Positions 27,739 to 37,253 of a DNA stretch of 64,000 nucleotides are shown piece by piece. Position 1 is the first letter of the stretch; the number at the start of each line of letters is the position of its first letter. Source of the stretch: Acidimicrobiia bacterium (lineage in GTDB: Bacteria; Actinomycetota; Acidimicrobiia; Spongiisociales; ZC4RG35); contig JBHJOQ010000025.1 of the NCBI GenBank assembly GCA_050329555.1, forward strand, positions 7 to 64,006. The letters run 5' to 3'. A program made the translations under genes and the position numbers. The notes below the pieces were generated by a model. That model had not been told where the DNA came from and searched no databases. It saw only the letters and a program-made list of their open reading frames with translations.

Positions 27739-28501
27739 AGGAGCCTGCTTCCGTCACACCACCGTCAACAGGGATTATCGCCCCCGTCATCCAGGAACTT
27801 ACGTCGGACCCGAGAAACACGATCATCCTGGCAACATCCTCGGGCTCGCCGACACGTCCCAACGGATGGCTTCGGGCCGCGGCATCCTCGTCCTGGAGCA
27901 ACAGTTCCGCGAGACGGGTGCGGACGATGGCCGGAGCAACCGCGTTGACCCTGATGTCGGGGGCGAGCTCGAATGCGAGCTGGCGGGTCAGGTGGACAAC
28001 CCCTGCCTTGGAGATGTTGTAGGCACCGGTTATCGGGCCGGGTTTGAGGCCGGCGACCGAGGCAACGTTGACGATTGCCCCACCCGACTTGTCCATGCCA
28101 GCTGCATAAGCGGCGCGTGCCCACAGCAACGGGCCGAGCAGGTTGACATCCCAGGTCTTCTGGACCGCCCCGAGGTCGACATCCATCAACGAACCGGCCG
28201 AAGGATTGGTGCCGGCGTTGTTGACCAGCACATCGACCGAACCGAATCGGGAGACCGTCTCCGCCATGGCCATCGCCGCATCCTCTTCGGAATCAGCGCG
28301 TGCGGCGAGGGCGAGCACCCTGTCAGCGTCGACGCCTGCCCCGATCATCTCGCCGCGCGCGGCTTCGACGTTTTCGAGTTTGCGGGACGTAATCGTCACA
28401 CCCGCAGCACCGCTGTTGGCGAACTCGAGCGCGGTCGCCAGGCCAATCCCCCGGCTGGCGCCAGTGACCACGATGACCTTGCCCTCAACTGAGACTTCCA
28501 T
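27725..28501 (-). CDS. SDR family oxidoreductase (FabG-like)
   Basis: 258 aa with TGASRGIG cofactor motif and YNISKAG (YxxxK) catalytic motif. Confidence 0.85.
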   Translation of the reverse strand: MEVSVEGKVIVVTGASRGIGLATALEFANSGAAGVTITSRKLENVEAARGEMIGAGVDADRVLALAARADSEEDAAMAMAETVSRFGSVDVLVNNAGTNPSAGSLMDVDLGAVQKTWDVNLLGPLLWARAAYAAGMDKSGGAIVNVASVAGLKPGPITGAYNISKAGVVHLTRQLAFELAPDIRVNAVAPAIVRTRLAELLLQDEDAAARSHPLGRVGEPEDVARMIVFLGSDVSSWMTGAIIPVDGGVTEAGSFGIS

Positions 28502-28595
28502 TGGCTCCTACTGGTTGGAGCGTCAGATACTAAAGGCAGCAACTCCGATCCCAGTCATCGAGGCTGCGCAGGCTGGCCCAAACCTCGGTCCCCGG

Positions 28596-29093
28596 TTAGT
28601 GGCCGCCCCGCTTGACCCCGCCGTACTTCATCCTGGTGTCGGACATTGCTGCGGCCCGCTGCTCGTCGTCGTTGACGCCGGCATCAACGATCTCACCGAC
28701 GAACAGGGTGTGGGTTCCCAGGTCGGTGGTGTGACGGACCTCACAGTCCATCCAGGCAAGCGCCTCGGTGAAGACGGGTGCGCCGGTGGTTGCCGTGAAG
28801 ACCTCGCGACCGTTGAGCGTGTTGCCTTCTCGTACGGCGGGTTTGGAAAACTTGACGAAGGGGCGGGTGTCTTCCGACGACCAGAGGTTGACGGTGAACG
28901 AGCCGCCCTCTGTGATCAGTCGGTGGGTGACGGCCTTGTTGTCTACTCCGATCCCGATCAGGACCGGGTCCATGGAGAGCTGGGTGATCCACGACGTGGT
29001 CATCGCGTTCCACTCCTCGCCCGATGCCGACCCGACGAGGACGAGGGGGTTGGGGATCTTCCAGGTGACCTTGTTGACCAATTCGCTATCCAT
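28596..29093 (-). CDS. flavin reductase-like domain protein
   Basis: About 165 aa. The region PNPLVLVGSASGEEWNAMTTSWITQLS is typical of the flavin reductase family. Start set to ATG 29093. Confidence 0.75.
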   Translation of the reverse strand: MDSELVNKVTWKIPNPLVLVGSASGEEWNAMTTSWITQLSMDPVLIGIGVDNKAVTHRLITEGGSFTVNLWSSEDTRPFVKFSKPAVREGNTLNGREVFTATTGAPVFTEALAWMDCEVRHTTDLGTHTLFVGEIVDAGVNDDEQRAAAMSDTRMKYGGVKRGGH

Positions 29094-29139
29094 CCAATTC
29101 AACCTCCCACAGCGCAACTCGAAACCCTAATGTTCCCGT

Positions 29140-29646
29140 GTGCGAATCCTGATCGCCACCACCGGTGTCCTACCGGCAGGTCCTGTATCCGAACTCTGCG
29201 CGCGGCTCGGTGGTGGATCATCAGACGTCACCGTGATGACCGTGATCCGGATCCCGAGGACCTTCCTCGATTCCCTCGACGACGACGTTCGCCGGTCGTT
29301 CCTCGACGACTCGACCTCGGACGCCTCCCCCGAGGAGAAGGCTGCGATCTACCTCGAAGAACGGGGCCAGAAAGTGGTGGCGCCGATCGTTGCCGCTCTC
29401 CAGGCCGAGGGAATCCAGGCCAGCGCTCGGTTCGTCGACGGAGACGACCCGGCGGCAGCCATCATCACGACCGCCGAAGATGTGGGAGCCGAGCTCGTGA
29501 TGATGGGGGCAACCCGGCGTCTCTTCACCGAAGAGGCGTGGAAGAGCGTGTCGGTTCGAGTCATCGACAATTCCCATCTTCCGGTCCTTCTCGTCCCTGG
29601 CACCAGGATCGAGGACACCCACGAGATGCCCATCCTCGAGCTGTAG
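29140..29646 (+). CDS. universal stress protein (UspA family)
   Basis: 168 aa. Starts MRILIATTG and ends with ELVMMGATRR...VIDNSHLPVLLV, a USP-like pattern. Confidence 0.75.
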   Translation: MRILIATTGVLPAGPVSELCARLGGGSSDVTVMTVIRIPRTFLDSLDDDVRRSFLDDSTSDASPEEKAAIYLEERGQKVVAPIVAALQAEGIQASARFVDGDDPAAAIITTAEDVGAELVMMGATRRLFTEEAWKSVSVRVIDNSHLPVLLVPGTRIEDTHEMPILEL

Positions 29647-29674
29647 AGATTTTCTGTCACACCCGGTTTGTACG

Positions 29675-30058
29675 TTGTGCAATATGGAACTCAATCGACT
29701 CAACGGATGCCAGGGGCACAAGCCCACTGTGGTCGGCGACTTGCTCGTGACAGCATGTGAGAGTTGTCGGCGGGTGGAGTGGAACGACCGGTCAGGCGAA
29801 ATCGACCCCTCGGAGGGCATGGCCGCGCTGTTCGGGAACTTCGAGCTGATGGGAACGCTCGATGCCGTGGGGTCACCGGCCCCAGAGGTTTTGGTCTATG
29901 CCGCGCCCTCAGTGCGGAAACGCCGGAACCTTGCTCCCTTCCCCAAGAGCTCATGGGTGAAAGCCGCACCCGACCTGTGGCTCACCCACGACGGCGAGAA
30001 CCTGCTCCTCGCCACCAACCACAAACTCTTATTCGAAAACCTAACCCGCGGCGCCTAA
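29675..30058 (+). CDS. hypothetical protein with CxxH...CxxC N-terminal cluster
   Basis: 127-aa ORF with high GC3 in this frame. No family recognised. Start is uncertain. Confidence 0.35.
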   Translation: MCNMELNRLNGCQGHKPTVVGDLLVTACESCRRVEWNDRSGEIDPSEGMAALFGNFELMGTLDAVGSPAPEVLVYAAPSVRKRRNLAPFPKSSWVKAAPDLWLTHDGENLLLATNHKLLFENLTRGA

Positions 30059-30077
30059 CAACCGCACGGAGCGGCTG

Positions 30078-30241
30078 TTCCCCCGGAGGCGAAGCCAAAC
30101 GGGGGAAAGGTTCCTGCCCGCCCTCCGAGGGGGCAGGTAAAGGGGACTGAGACTCCCAAAGTTGAGAGCAGTCGCGCCCAAAGGCGCGCCGCAAACACCG
30201 CTGGTGGGAACACCCCACCCTCCCCTCCGACCTAAGGGTCG
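30078..30241. other. cluster of GC-rich hairpins in a convergent intergenic region
   Basis: Five complementary arm pairs were verified by eye. They are TTCCCCCG/CGGGGGAA (30078-85 / 30100-07), CCTGCCC/GGGCAGG (30113-19 / 30131-37), CGCGCC/GGCGCG (30173-78 / 30183-88), GGTGGG/CCCACC (30203-08 / 30214-19) and CGACC/GGTCG (30228-32 / 30237-41). Confidence 0.5.
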
Positions 30242-30255
30242 TAGGTACTCCCTCC

Positions 30256-32148
30256 CTAAACACTGGGAGAGATGGGCTCGAATTGGGTTTCGTATAGCTG
30301 CCGGTAGAGGCCGCCTTCGGCGACGAGGGATTCGTGGGTGCCTGATTCGACGATCCGGCCTTCATCGATGACGAGGATCTGGTCGGCTGCGCGCACCGTG
30401 GAGAGTCTGTGTGCGATGGCGAGGGTGGTCCGTCCCGCCATCAGCCCCTCGAGGGCCTCCTGGATCAAGGCTTCGGACCGCGAGTCGAGATGTGAAGTCG
30501 CCTCGTCGAGGATCAGAATTCGCGGGTCTTTGAGGATTACCCGGGCGATGGCAATTCGCTGCTTCTCCCCGCCCGAGAGCCGGTATCCGCGCTCCCCTAC
30601 CATTGTCTGATATCGGTCCGGCAACGCCTCGATCATCGGGCTGATGTTGGCGGCAAGAGCCGCAGCCTCGATCTCCTCCTGGGTTGCGGTCGGTTTCGCA
30701 TACCGGAGGTTGGCCTCGATCGTGTCATGGAACAGGTACGACTCCTGGGTGACCACTCCAACTGTCTCCGACAACTCGTCGAAGGCGATGTCGCGGACAT
30801 CGACCCCGTCGATGCGCACCGCTCCCTCGTTGACGTCGTAGAGGCGGGGAACGAGATATGACGCCGTGGTCTTACCGGCACCGGATGGGCCGACCAACGC
30901 CACGAGCTCTCCAGGATTCGCTTTGATAGAGACCCCTGCGAGGGCCCACTCCCGTGTTGCCGCCTGGGTTATTGCCGGTCCCTCCCCACCGCTGCGCTTC
31001 CAGCGTTTGACCGCAGCGAGACCCTCCACCTCACCGCTCTGGTACTTGAAGTAGACGTTCTCGAACTCGAGCTCGCCCCTGGCCGGTGAGATCGGGATCG
31101 GAGTGTCGGGAGAAGGGATGTCAGTCTCCAGGTCGAGCACCTCGAAAACTCGCTCGAATGAAACCAGAGATGTCGCGAATTCGACTCTCGAGTTGGAGAT
31201 CGCCGAGAGCGGGCCGTAGAACTGCACCAGCAAGGCCGAGAACATCACCACCGTGCCGGCTGTCATGTCACTCTCGATTACCAGGTAACCACCGGCCCAG
31301 AAAACGGCGGCGGTCCCCACCGCCGAAACCAGTCCCAGGGCGGCAAAGAACCGCCTGCCCACCATTGCCCTACGGATTCCGTAGTCCCGGACCAGTCCTG
31401 CCTGTTCCGCGAACCGCTCAGCCTCACGGTCCCACCGGCCGAAAAGGCGCACCAGCAGGGCGCCGCTGACATTGAACGACTCCTGGAGGATTGCCGACAT
31501 GGAAGCGTTGTGCTCCATCTGCTCCTGGGTCACCCGGCGCAACACGCGGCCCACCCTTCGGGCGGGGATCACAAAGAGGGGCAAAGCGGCAACCGCGAGC
31601 AGCGTGAGGCGCCAGTCGGCAGCAATCATCACGACGAGGATGAATGCCACCGAAACCACGTTGGAGACGATGCTGACCAGGGTCCCCGTGATCGCCTGTT
31701 GTGCCCCGGTCACATCGCTGTTGAGCCGGTTCATCAGTTCCCCGGTCTTGGTTGCAGTGAAAAAGCGCAGTGACATCCGTTGCAGGTGGTCGAAGAGCTC
31801 ACGCCGCAGGTCGAAGATGATGCCCTCACCCACGCGGGAAGACCACCAGCGCTGCAACAGGCCGACCAGGGCACTGATCATCGGCACTGCAATCATCCCC
31901 AGACCCAGCCAGGTGAGCATCCTCAGGTCGCGGGAAGGGATGGCGCCGTCGAGCAGCTCCCGGATCAAAAGAGGTGGGACGACCCCGATGCCGGAGATGA
32001 CGAATATGGTCACCAACACCCCGAGCAGCCCCCGGAGGTAAGGCCGGCCATAACTCCAGACCCGCCGGAGCAGATCGCTGTCGATCTTCGGGATCTCCTG
32101 GCCTTCGTCGTAACTGAGGTAGCTCCACCACCCCCCACCGTGCATCAT
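30256..32148 (-). CDS. ABC transporter, fused permease/ATP-binding exporter (MsbA-like)
   Basis: 630 aa with six N-terminal TM segments. Has Walker A GPSGAGKT, signature LSGGEKQR and Walker B ILILDEATS. Confidence 0.9.
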   Translation of the reverse strand: MMHGGGWWSYLSYDEGQEIPKIDSDLLRRVWSYGRPYLRGLLGVLVTIFVISGIGVVPPLLIRELLDGAIPSRDLRMLTWLGLGMIAVPMISALVGLLQRWWSSRVGEGIIFDLRRELFDHLQRMSLRFFTATKTGELMNRLNSDVTGAQQAITGTLVSIVSNVVSVAFILVVMIAADWRLTLLAVAALPLFVIPARRVGRVLRRVTQEQMEHNASMSAILQESFNVSGALLVRLFGRWDREAERFAEQAGLVRDYGIRRAMVGRRFFAALGLVSAVGTAAVFWAGGYLVIESDMTAGTVVMFSALLVQFYGPLSAISNSRVEFATSLVSFERVFEVLDLETDIPSPDTPIPISPARGELEFENVYFKYQSGEVEGLAAVKRWKRSGGEGPAITQAATREWALAGVSIKANPGELVALVGPSGAGKTTASYLVPRLYDVNEGAVRIDGVDVRDIAFDELSETVGVVTQESYLFHDTIEANLRYAKPTATQEEIEAAALAANISPMIEALPDRYQTMVGERGYRLSGGEKQRIAIARVILKDPRILILDEATSHLDSRSEALIQEALEGLMAGRTTLAIAHRLSTVRAADQILVIDEGRIVESGTHESLVAEGGLYRQLYETQFEPISPSV

Positions 32149-32193
32149 CTTCGAGCCAAACTCATGTGAGAGCAGCCTATTACGGCGTGCCTT

Positions 32194-33474
32194 CTATTCA
32201 GGGCCAAGGTCGGTGAGGAGGAGGTCGTCGTAGGTCTCCCGTCTGACCACCTGTCTGACCGCGCCGTCACGAACGAAGACGACCGCCGGCCGGAGGACCT
32301 TGTTGTAATTCGATCCCATCGAATGGCCATATGCGCCGGTGACCGGGGTCACGACGATGTCATCGACCTTCAGGTCGTCCGGGAGCCAACCGTCGGACAC
32401 CAGCACATCGCCGGTCTCACAATGTTTTCCCACCAGTCGGACCGCCCTGTTGCGTTCAGCAGTGACATCCCGCGCCAGGAAAGTCTCATAGCCAGACCCG
32501 TACAGCACCGGCCGGGGATTATCGCTCATCCCGCCGTCGACGGCGACGTAGGTCCTGATCCCGGGGAGGTGTTTGATCGTGCCCGCGGTGTACAGGGTTA
32601 CTGCCGCAGCGGCGGCAATTGCCCGCCCCGGCTCGACAGAAACCATGCCCCCATACCCGTTCCGCTCCACCGCCTGGCTGATGACTTCGATCCAATCGGC
32701 GATCCCCGGTGCCTCCTCGCCAGCGACGTAGGCAACGCCGAGCCCCCCACCGAGTGAAATCTCGGCGAATTCGTTGCCGCGAGCGAAGTCACAGATCACA
32801 TCGACCGCTGCGGCGAAGGAGTCAGCCCGAAAAACTTGAGAGCCGATGTGGGCATGCACACCCCTCAGATTCACAGAGTTGGAGGCTCGAGCCCGTTCCA
32901 CCGCTGCCGATGCCGCCCCTGTGGATACCGTGAAGCCGAATTTGGAGTCGTCCTGGCCGGTCCTGACGAACTCATGGGTGTGGGCTTCGATGCCGGGAGT
33001 GATCCGCAGCAACACGTCAGGTGCATCGAGACCCTCACCAACGAGTCCCTCGATCCGGTCGAGCTCATCGAAGGAGTCGACAACGACCTGGCCGACACCG
33101 TCCGTCAGGGCGATTTGAAGCTCGCTCTCGCTCTTGTTGTTGCCGTGGAATACGAGATCAGACGAGGGAACTCCCGCCACCCGGGCAACGTGGTACTCCC
33201 CACCGGTCGCAACGTCGAGGCGCATCCCCTCGTCGTGGGCAAGGCGGGCCATCGCCGTGCACAGAAAAGCCTTGGTTGCGTAGACCGCACCTCTGCCGAA
33301 GCCGGCAACGACTTCCCGGCAGCGCTGGCGCAGGTGGTTCTCGTCATAGACAAAGAGGGGCGTCCCGAATTCGGCAGCAAGAAAGAGCGTGGAGACACCG
33401 CCGATTTGGAGCTCGCCATCCTTCGCTACGGACGCGTTCTCAGGCAGCAGTTCGATCGGCAATGGTTGGTTCAA
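32194..33474 (-). CDS. lysA: diaminopimelate decarboxylase
   Basis: 426 aa. Fold-type III PLP decarboxylase pattern (YATKAF, HIGSQ, GGGLGV, CETGD). Confidence 0.92.
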   Translation of the reverse strand: MNQPLPIELLPENASVAKDGELQIGGVSTLFLAAEFGTPLFVYDENHLRQRCREVVAGFGRGAVYATKAFLCTAMARLAHDEGMRLDVATGGEYHVARVAGVPSSDLVFHGNNKSESELQIALTDGVGQVVVDSFDELDRIEGLVGEGLDAPDVLLRITPGIEAHTHEFVRTGQDDSKFGFTVSTGAASAAVERARASNSVNLRGVHAHIGSQVFRADSFAAAVDVICDFARGNEFAEISLGGGLGVAYVAGEEAPGIADWIEVISQAVERNGYGGMVSVEPGRAIAAAAAVTLYTAGTIKHLPGIRTYVAVDGGMSDNPRPVLYGSGYETFLARDVTAERNRAVRLVGKHCETGDVLVSDGWLPDDLKVDDIVVTPVTGAYGHSMGSNYNKVLRPAVVFVRDGAVRQVVRRETYDDLLLTDLGPE

Positions 33475-33496
33475 GATTTCGCCCCGTCAGAGTGGA

Positions 33497-34249
33497 TCAG
33501 GATTCAGCGATCACCGCTTCCAGCGGCATCATGCTCGCCGCAGTCTGTCGCAACGCCTCCACAGCTGCAAACGGGCGCCCGTACATCTCGTATTTGTAAA
33601 TTCCATCGAACCAGATCAGCGTGGTCCCCGAGGACTCCTGGACCACCCATGTCGGACGGTCGCCGATCTCTTCGATTTCGCATTCGATGGTCTGGCCGCC
33701 GGCGAACCGGGCACAGGAGAATTCGGCCCCCTCGACTTCGAGCTCCGCCGCTGTCTCGGCGTCACGGTAGACCCTGAGGACGATCAGCTGCGCCACCGAC
33801 CTCGACCGGGTGTAGGGCTCCGTCGTCCAGATCCCGAAGGCAGCGGAAGGGTCGTCCGAGACGATTCCACTGTTCTCGATGACAAGCTGGCTCGAGACGT
33901 ATTCGGAGAGGGGCGGGACCCGGGACGGGAACTTGACACCCTCGAGGACCTTGCGGATCTCCTCACGGCTCGCCTGAATGAACCGATCGCCTTCACGCCG
34001 GGCGAACACTCCGGCAACCACATCCTCGGGAATCTCCGGCCCGGGGCCGAGCTCGTCGTTGTACCAGATCAGGTTGGTCGCGTCGCGGGCCAGCGGGATG
34101 GTGGTGGCGACCGTCGTGGTGGTGAACACCGTGGGCTCTGTCACCCAATCCGATGACCTCTCGCCAAGCGACAGGAGAGGAGAGTCTCCGCATGCGGCGA
34201 GACCGAGCATCATCACAATAGAAAGTGCAGTAAGGGCCCGATGGCGCAC
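33497..34249 (-). CDS. hypothetical lipoprotein
   Basis: Lipobox MMLGLAAC. Start placed at GTG 34249 (VRHRALTALSIVMMLGLAACG), although the ORF is open to 34297. Confidence 0.5.
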   Translation of the reverse strand: MRHRALTALSIVMMLGLAACGDSPLLSLGERSSDWVTEPTVFTTTTVATTIPLARDATNLIWYNDELGPGPEIPEDVVAGVFARREGDRFIQASREEIRKVLEGVKFPSRVPPLSEYVSSQLVIENSGIVSDDPSAAFGIWTTEPYTRSRSVAQLIVLRVYRDAETAAELEVEGAEFSCARFAGGQTIECEIEEIGDRPTWVVQESSGTTLIWFDGIYKYEMYGRPFAAVEALRQTAASMMPLEAVIAES

Positions 34250-34356
34250 TTGCCCTCCAATGGCCGAGGTACCGGGGTAACGTGTGAGGTGTCTCAATGG
34301 TTCCTGTGCCTGACCAAGCTATGACGGTACCAGTCACCCGGCTTATGCTCTGGCAG

Positions 34357-35112
34357 ATGAACCAAGTTCTGGTCTCACAGGAGTCGTTCACCGACCATCC
34401 CGCTCTCGACGTCGCCGTCAGCCACGCCGTTCTCGACGCGGTGGCCGCAGGTGAGATCGGATCGGTATTCCGGCTCCACCCTGCCCACCCGGTGCTCGCT
34501 TTCGGAATGGCCGACCGTATCCAGGCCGGCTACCCCGCAGCGGTTCGAGTCGCGACGGCCCACGGTTTCGCCCCGGTGGAACGTCTCGCCGGCGGGCGCG
34601 CTGCTGTCTTTCATGAGAAGACCCTGGCTTTCAGCTGGGCGATCCCCGAGGGCGATCCTCGAACCGGCATCACGAAACGGTTCGAGTTGGTCTCCGGGAT
34701 GATGAGAGATGCGTTTAGGGCGTTGAAGATCGACGCCAGGGTCGGCGAGATCCCTGGCGAATACTGTCCCGGCCGGTATTCGGTCAACGTCGGCGGAGTG
34801 GTCAAGGTCATGGGTGTCGGCCAGCGCCTGATCAAGGGGGCAGCTCACATCGGTGGCGTGATCGTGGTCGACGACGGCGAAAGGGTCCGGGATGTGCTGG
34901 TCCCTGTCTACCGGGCGCTCGGAATCGACTGGGACCCGAGGACTGCCGGAGCGCTTGCCGACCGTTCGGCAGGGACGAAGACGTCCGATGTCTCTACTGC
35001 TGTAATCGGCCAACTCCGAAAGCTCGCCGACGTCGCAGATGCTCCCATTCCCGGAGGGATCATCGAACAGGGAAGATCGATGATCGAGCGTCACATTCCG
35101 GCGGCGGCCTGA
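34357..35112 (+). CDS. lipoate-protein ligase A / biotin-lipoate ligase family protein
   Basis: BPL/LplA/LipB-like pattern (ERLAGGRAVFHEKTLAFSW, CPGRYSVNVGGV-KVMGVGQR). Start chosen at ATG 34357 by family N-terminus, although the ORF is open from 34297. Confidence 0.65.
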   Translation: MNQVLVSQESFTDHPALDVAVSHAVLDAVAAGEIGSVFRLHPAHPVLAFGMADRIQAGYPAAVRVATAHGFAPVERLAGGRAAVFHEKTLAFSWAIPEGDPRTGITKRFELVSGMMRDAFRALKIDARVGEIPGEYCPGRYSVNVGGVVKVMGVGQRLIKGAAHIGGVIVVDDGERVRDVLVPVYRALGIDWDPRTAGALADRSAGTKTSDVSTAVIGQLRKLADVADAPIPGGIIEQGRSMIERHIPAAA

Positions 35113-36197
35113 TGCGGGTCGCGATCATCAACGGCCCGAATCTGAACCTGCTCGGCAGCCGCCAGCCCGAGATCTACGGGACAATGACTCTGGCTGACCT
35201 CGAAGAAGAGGTCCGCGAATGGTCGTCGAAACTCGATGTCGAACCTAGTTTCTTCCAATCGAACGATGAGTCCGAGCTTGTTTCACAGATCCAGAGATCC
35301 GGGAAGGAGTGTGACGCCCTGGTGCTCAATCCGGGCGGTTTCACCCATACCTCGGTCGCCATCGCCGATGCCGTGGCTTCGATTTCGGCCCCGGTTGTCG
35401 AGGTTCACCTCTCAGACATTGCCACCAGGGAAGCATTCAGGAGGATCTCGCTGGTAGCCCCGAACGCCGTCCGCCAGATCTCGGGCAGGGGTGCAATCGG
35501 TTACAGGGATGCCATCCGCCACCTTGTTTTTCGCGACCTCGTCCCGTTCACCAACGTTCGCTACGGGCCCCACCCGCGCAACGTCGCCGACCACAGAGTC
35601 GCCGACGGCGATTCACTTGTTGTGTTGGTTCACGGGGGATACTGGTTTTCAGGATGGGACCGCGACCAGCTCGACCAGGCTGCAGTCGACCTCACTCGGC
35701 GCGGTTATGACACCCTCAATATGGAGTACCGGGTAGACCCACCCTGGCCCGGTTCCGGGCACGACGTGCGAACCGCTCTTGCCTGGGCCCGCGATCGCTA
35801 CCACTCGGTCAGCCTGCTCGGCCATTCTGCAGGCGCATTCCTTGCGTTATGGGCCCATTTGCGCAATCCGGTCGATGTTTGTGTCGGACTCGCTCCGGTG
35901 ACCGACTTGAGCATGGTCGATGACGTCTCATCGACGCAGGTACTCATCGCGGCGGGTGGGCCAACGGCGATGACGATTCCAGGACGGACTGTTTTGTTCC
36001 ACGGCACCGATGACACCGAGGTCAGCCCGGACCACACCAGCCGGTCGGGGCAGGCCGCAGAGATCCACCTGCTCGACGGAGTGGGTCATTTCGACATCCT
36101 CGACCCGCAACGGCCCCACTGGGCAGCTGTCGTTTCTGCGCTCGGCGGCACGCCCGGAGACAAATCCGAGTTGCCCCCTGTGGAAAAGTCCCGGTAA
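35112..36197 (+). CDS. aroQ: fusion protein: type II 3-dehydroquinate dehydratase + alpha/beta hydrolase (HGGYW arylformamidase/esterase-like)
   Basis: Residues 1 to about 145 match AroQ (INGPNLNLLGSRQPEIYG, NPGGFTHTS, EVHLSDIATREAFR). Residues from about 160 to 361 carry HGGYW, GHSAG, GTDD and GHFD hydrolase motifs. TGATG junction with the upstream gene. Confidence 0.8.
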   Translation: MRVAIINGPNLNLLGSRQPEIYGTMTLADLEEEVREWSSKLDVEPSFFQSNDESELVSQIQRSGKECDALVLNPGGFTHTSVAIADAVASISAPVVEVHLSDIATREAFRRISLVAPNAVRQISGRGAIGYRDAIRHLVFRDLVPFTNVRYGPHPRNVADHRVADGDSLVVLVHGGYWFSGWDRDQLDQAAVDLTRRGYDTLNMEYRVDPPWPGSGHDVRTALAWARDRYHSVSLLGHSAGAFLALWAHLRNPVDVCVGLAPVTDLSMVDDVSSTQVLIAAGGPTAMTIPGRTVLFHGTDDTEVSPDHTSRSGQAAEIHLLDGVGHFDILDPQRPHWAAVVSALGGTPGDKSELPPVEKSR

Positions 36198-36248
36198 GGT
36201 TGGAGTATCTAAGGAACCCGGCCAGGCCGGGGCGGAGTCACTACATCT

Positions 36249-36845
36249 ATGCGTTTGAGACGTTTTTCGTTTCTTGCGGGCTGGGTAGCGGTAATTCTTC
36301 TGGCGGCAGCCGGTTTTGCCGCATTCGGCACGTCACAAGATGCTGCCAACGACCTCGAGTACGAGGCAGCTGCAGCGTCGCTGGGCCATACGGCAGGCAC
36401 GTACGCCGGTCTGACCTTCGCCCTCTTCGCCGACGCCCCTGCTGAAACCACTGTCGCCGGCTCCGGGGAGACGACGGTCGCAACCGAAGAAGCGGAGACC
36501 GCCCTCACTTCCGATGCTTCATCATCGACCGGCACCATCGCCTCTCCTGCCGGTTGGCTGTCCGAGGTCCAGGTGCGTGCCCTCGTCAGCGAGTATTTCA
36601 AAGCTGAAGACGTGAATACGGCAGTCAGGATCGCCTGGTGTGAATCCAGGTTCGACCCGGAAGCAGTCAATCTGAGAACCGGAGCCGTCGGCCTCTTCCA
36701 GCATCTGCCCCAGTACTGGGAAGACCGGGCGGCAAGTGCGGGGTTCCCCGGTGCTGATGCCACCGACCCGCAGGCGTCCACCGCTGCTGCGGCCTGGGCT
36801 GTATACGACGGAGCCGGCTGGGACATCTTCGGCTGTCGGGCCTGA
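36249..36845 (+). CDS. secreted/anchored transglycosylase-like (SLT/lysozyme-like) protein
   Basis: N-terminal TM or signal segment, a Thr/Ala/Glu-rich linker, and a C-terminal IAWCESRFDPEAVN...GLFQ motif. Confidence 0.7.
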   Translation: MRLRRFSFLAGWVAVILLAAAGFAAFGTSQDAANDLEYEAAAASLGHTAGTYAGLTFALFADAPAETTVAGSGETTVATEEAETALTSDASSSTGTIASPAGWLSEVQVRALVSEYFKAEDVNTAVRIAWCESRFDPEAVNLRTGAVGLFQHLPQYWEDRAASAGFPGADATDPQASTAAAAWAVYDGAGWDIFGCRA

Positions 36846-36852
36846 GCCCCCG

Positions 36853-37242
36853 ATGTCCGAGCTGAATGTCCTCGGCGGAGAGCTCGAAGGTTGCAGCACC
36901 GACCCCCTGACCGGCTTCTACCGGGACGGAACCTGTCAGACCGGCCCCGAAGACATCGGCCTTCACACCGTGTGCGCCGTCGTCACAGCCGAATTCCTCG
37001 AGCATCAGCGCCAGATCGGGAACGACCTCACTACGCCCATGCCCCAGTTCATGTTTCCCGGGCTCAGCCCCGGCGACCGCTGGTGCGTGACCGCCCGCAA
37101 CTGGCTTCGTGCCCATCACGATGGCGCTGCGGCGCCGGTTGTGCTCGCCTCCACGCACCTCGCCACCCTCGAGGTGGTCCCGCTGGATGTTCTCCAGCGA
37201 TACGCCGTCGATGTCCCCACCGACCCCGGTGCGCTGGACTGA
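36853..37242 (+). CDS. DUF2237 family protein
   Basis: 129 aa from ATG 36853. NVLGGELEGCSTDPLTGFYRDGTCQTG...HTVCA...GDRWCVTA matches the DUF2237 pattern. Confidence 0.75.
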   Translation: MSELNVLGGELEGCSTDPLTGFYRDGTCQTGPEDIGLHTVCAVVTAEFLEHQRQIGNDLTTPMPQFMFPGLSPGDRWCVTARNWLRAHHDGAAAPVVLASTHLATLEVVPLDVLQRYAVDVPTDPGALD

Positions 37243-37253
37243 TTCCTCTCTGA

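Noticed and set aside
30078-30241. Assignment of the hairpin cluster to the actinobacterial 6C RNA family
   Set aside because: The C-rich tracts lie mostly between the stems rather than in loops, and I cannot reproduce the two-hairpin 6C consensus. It is left as an unassigned structured region.
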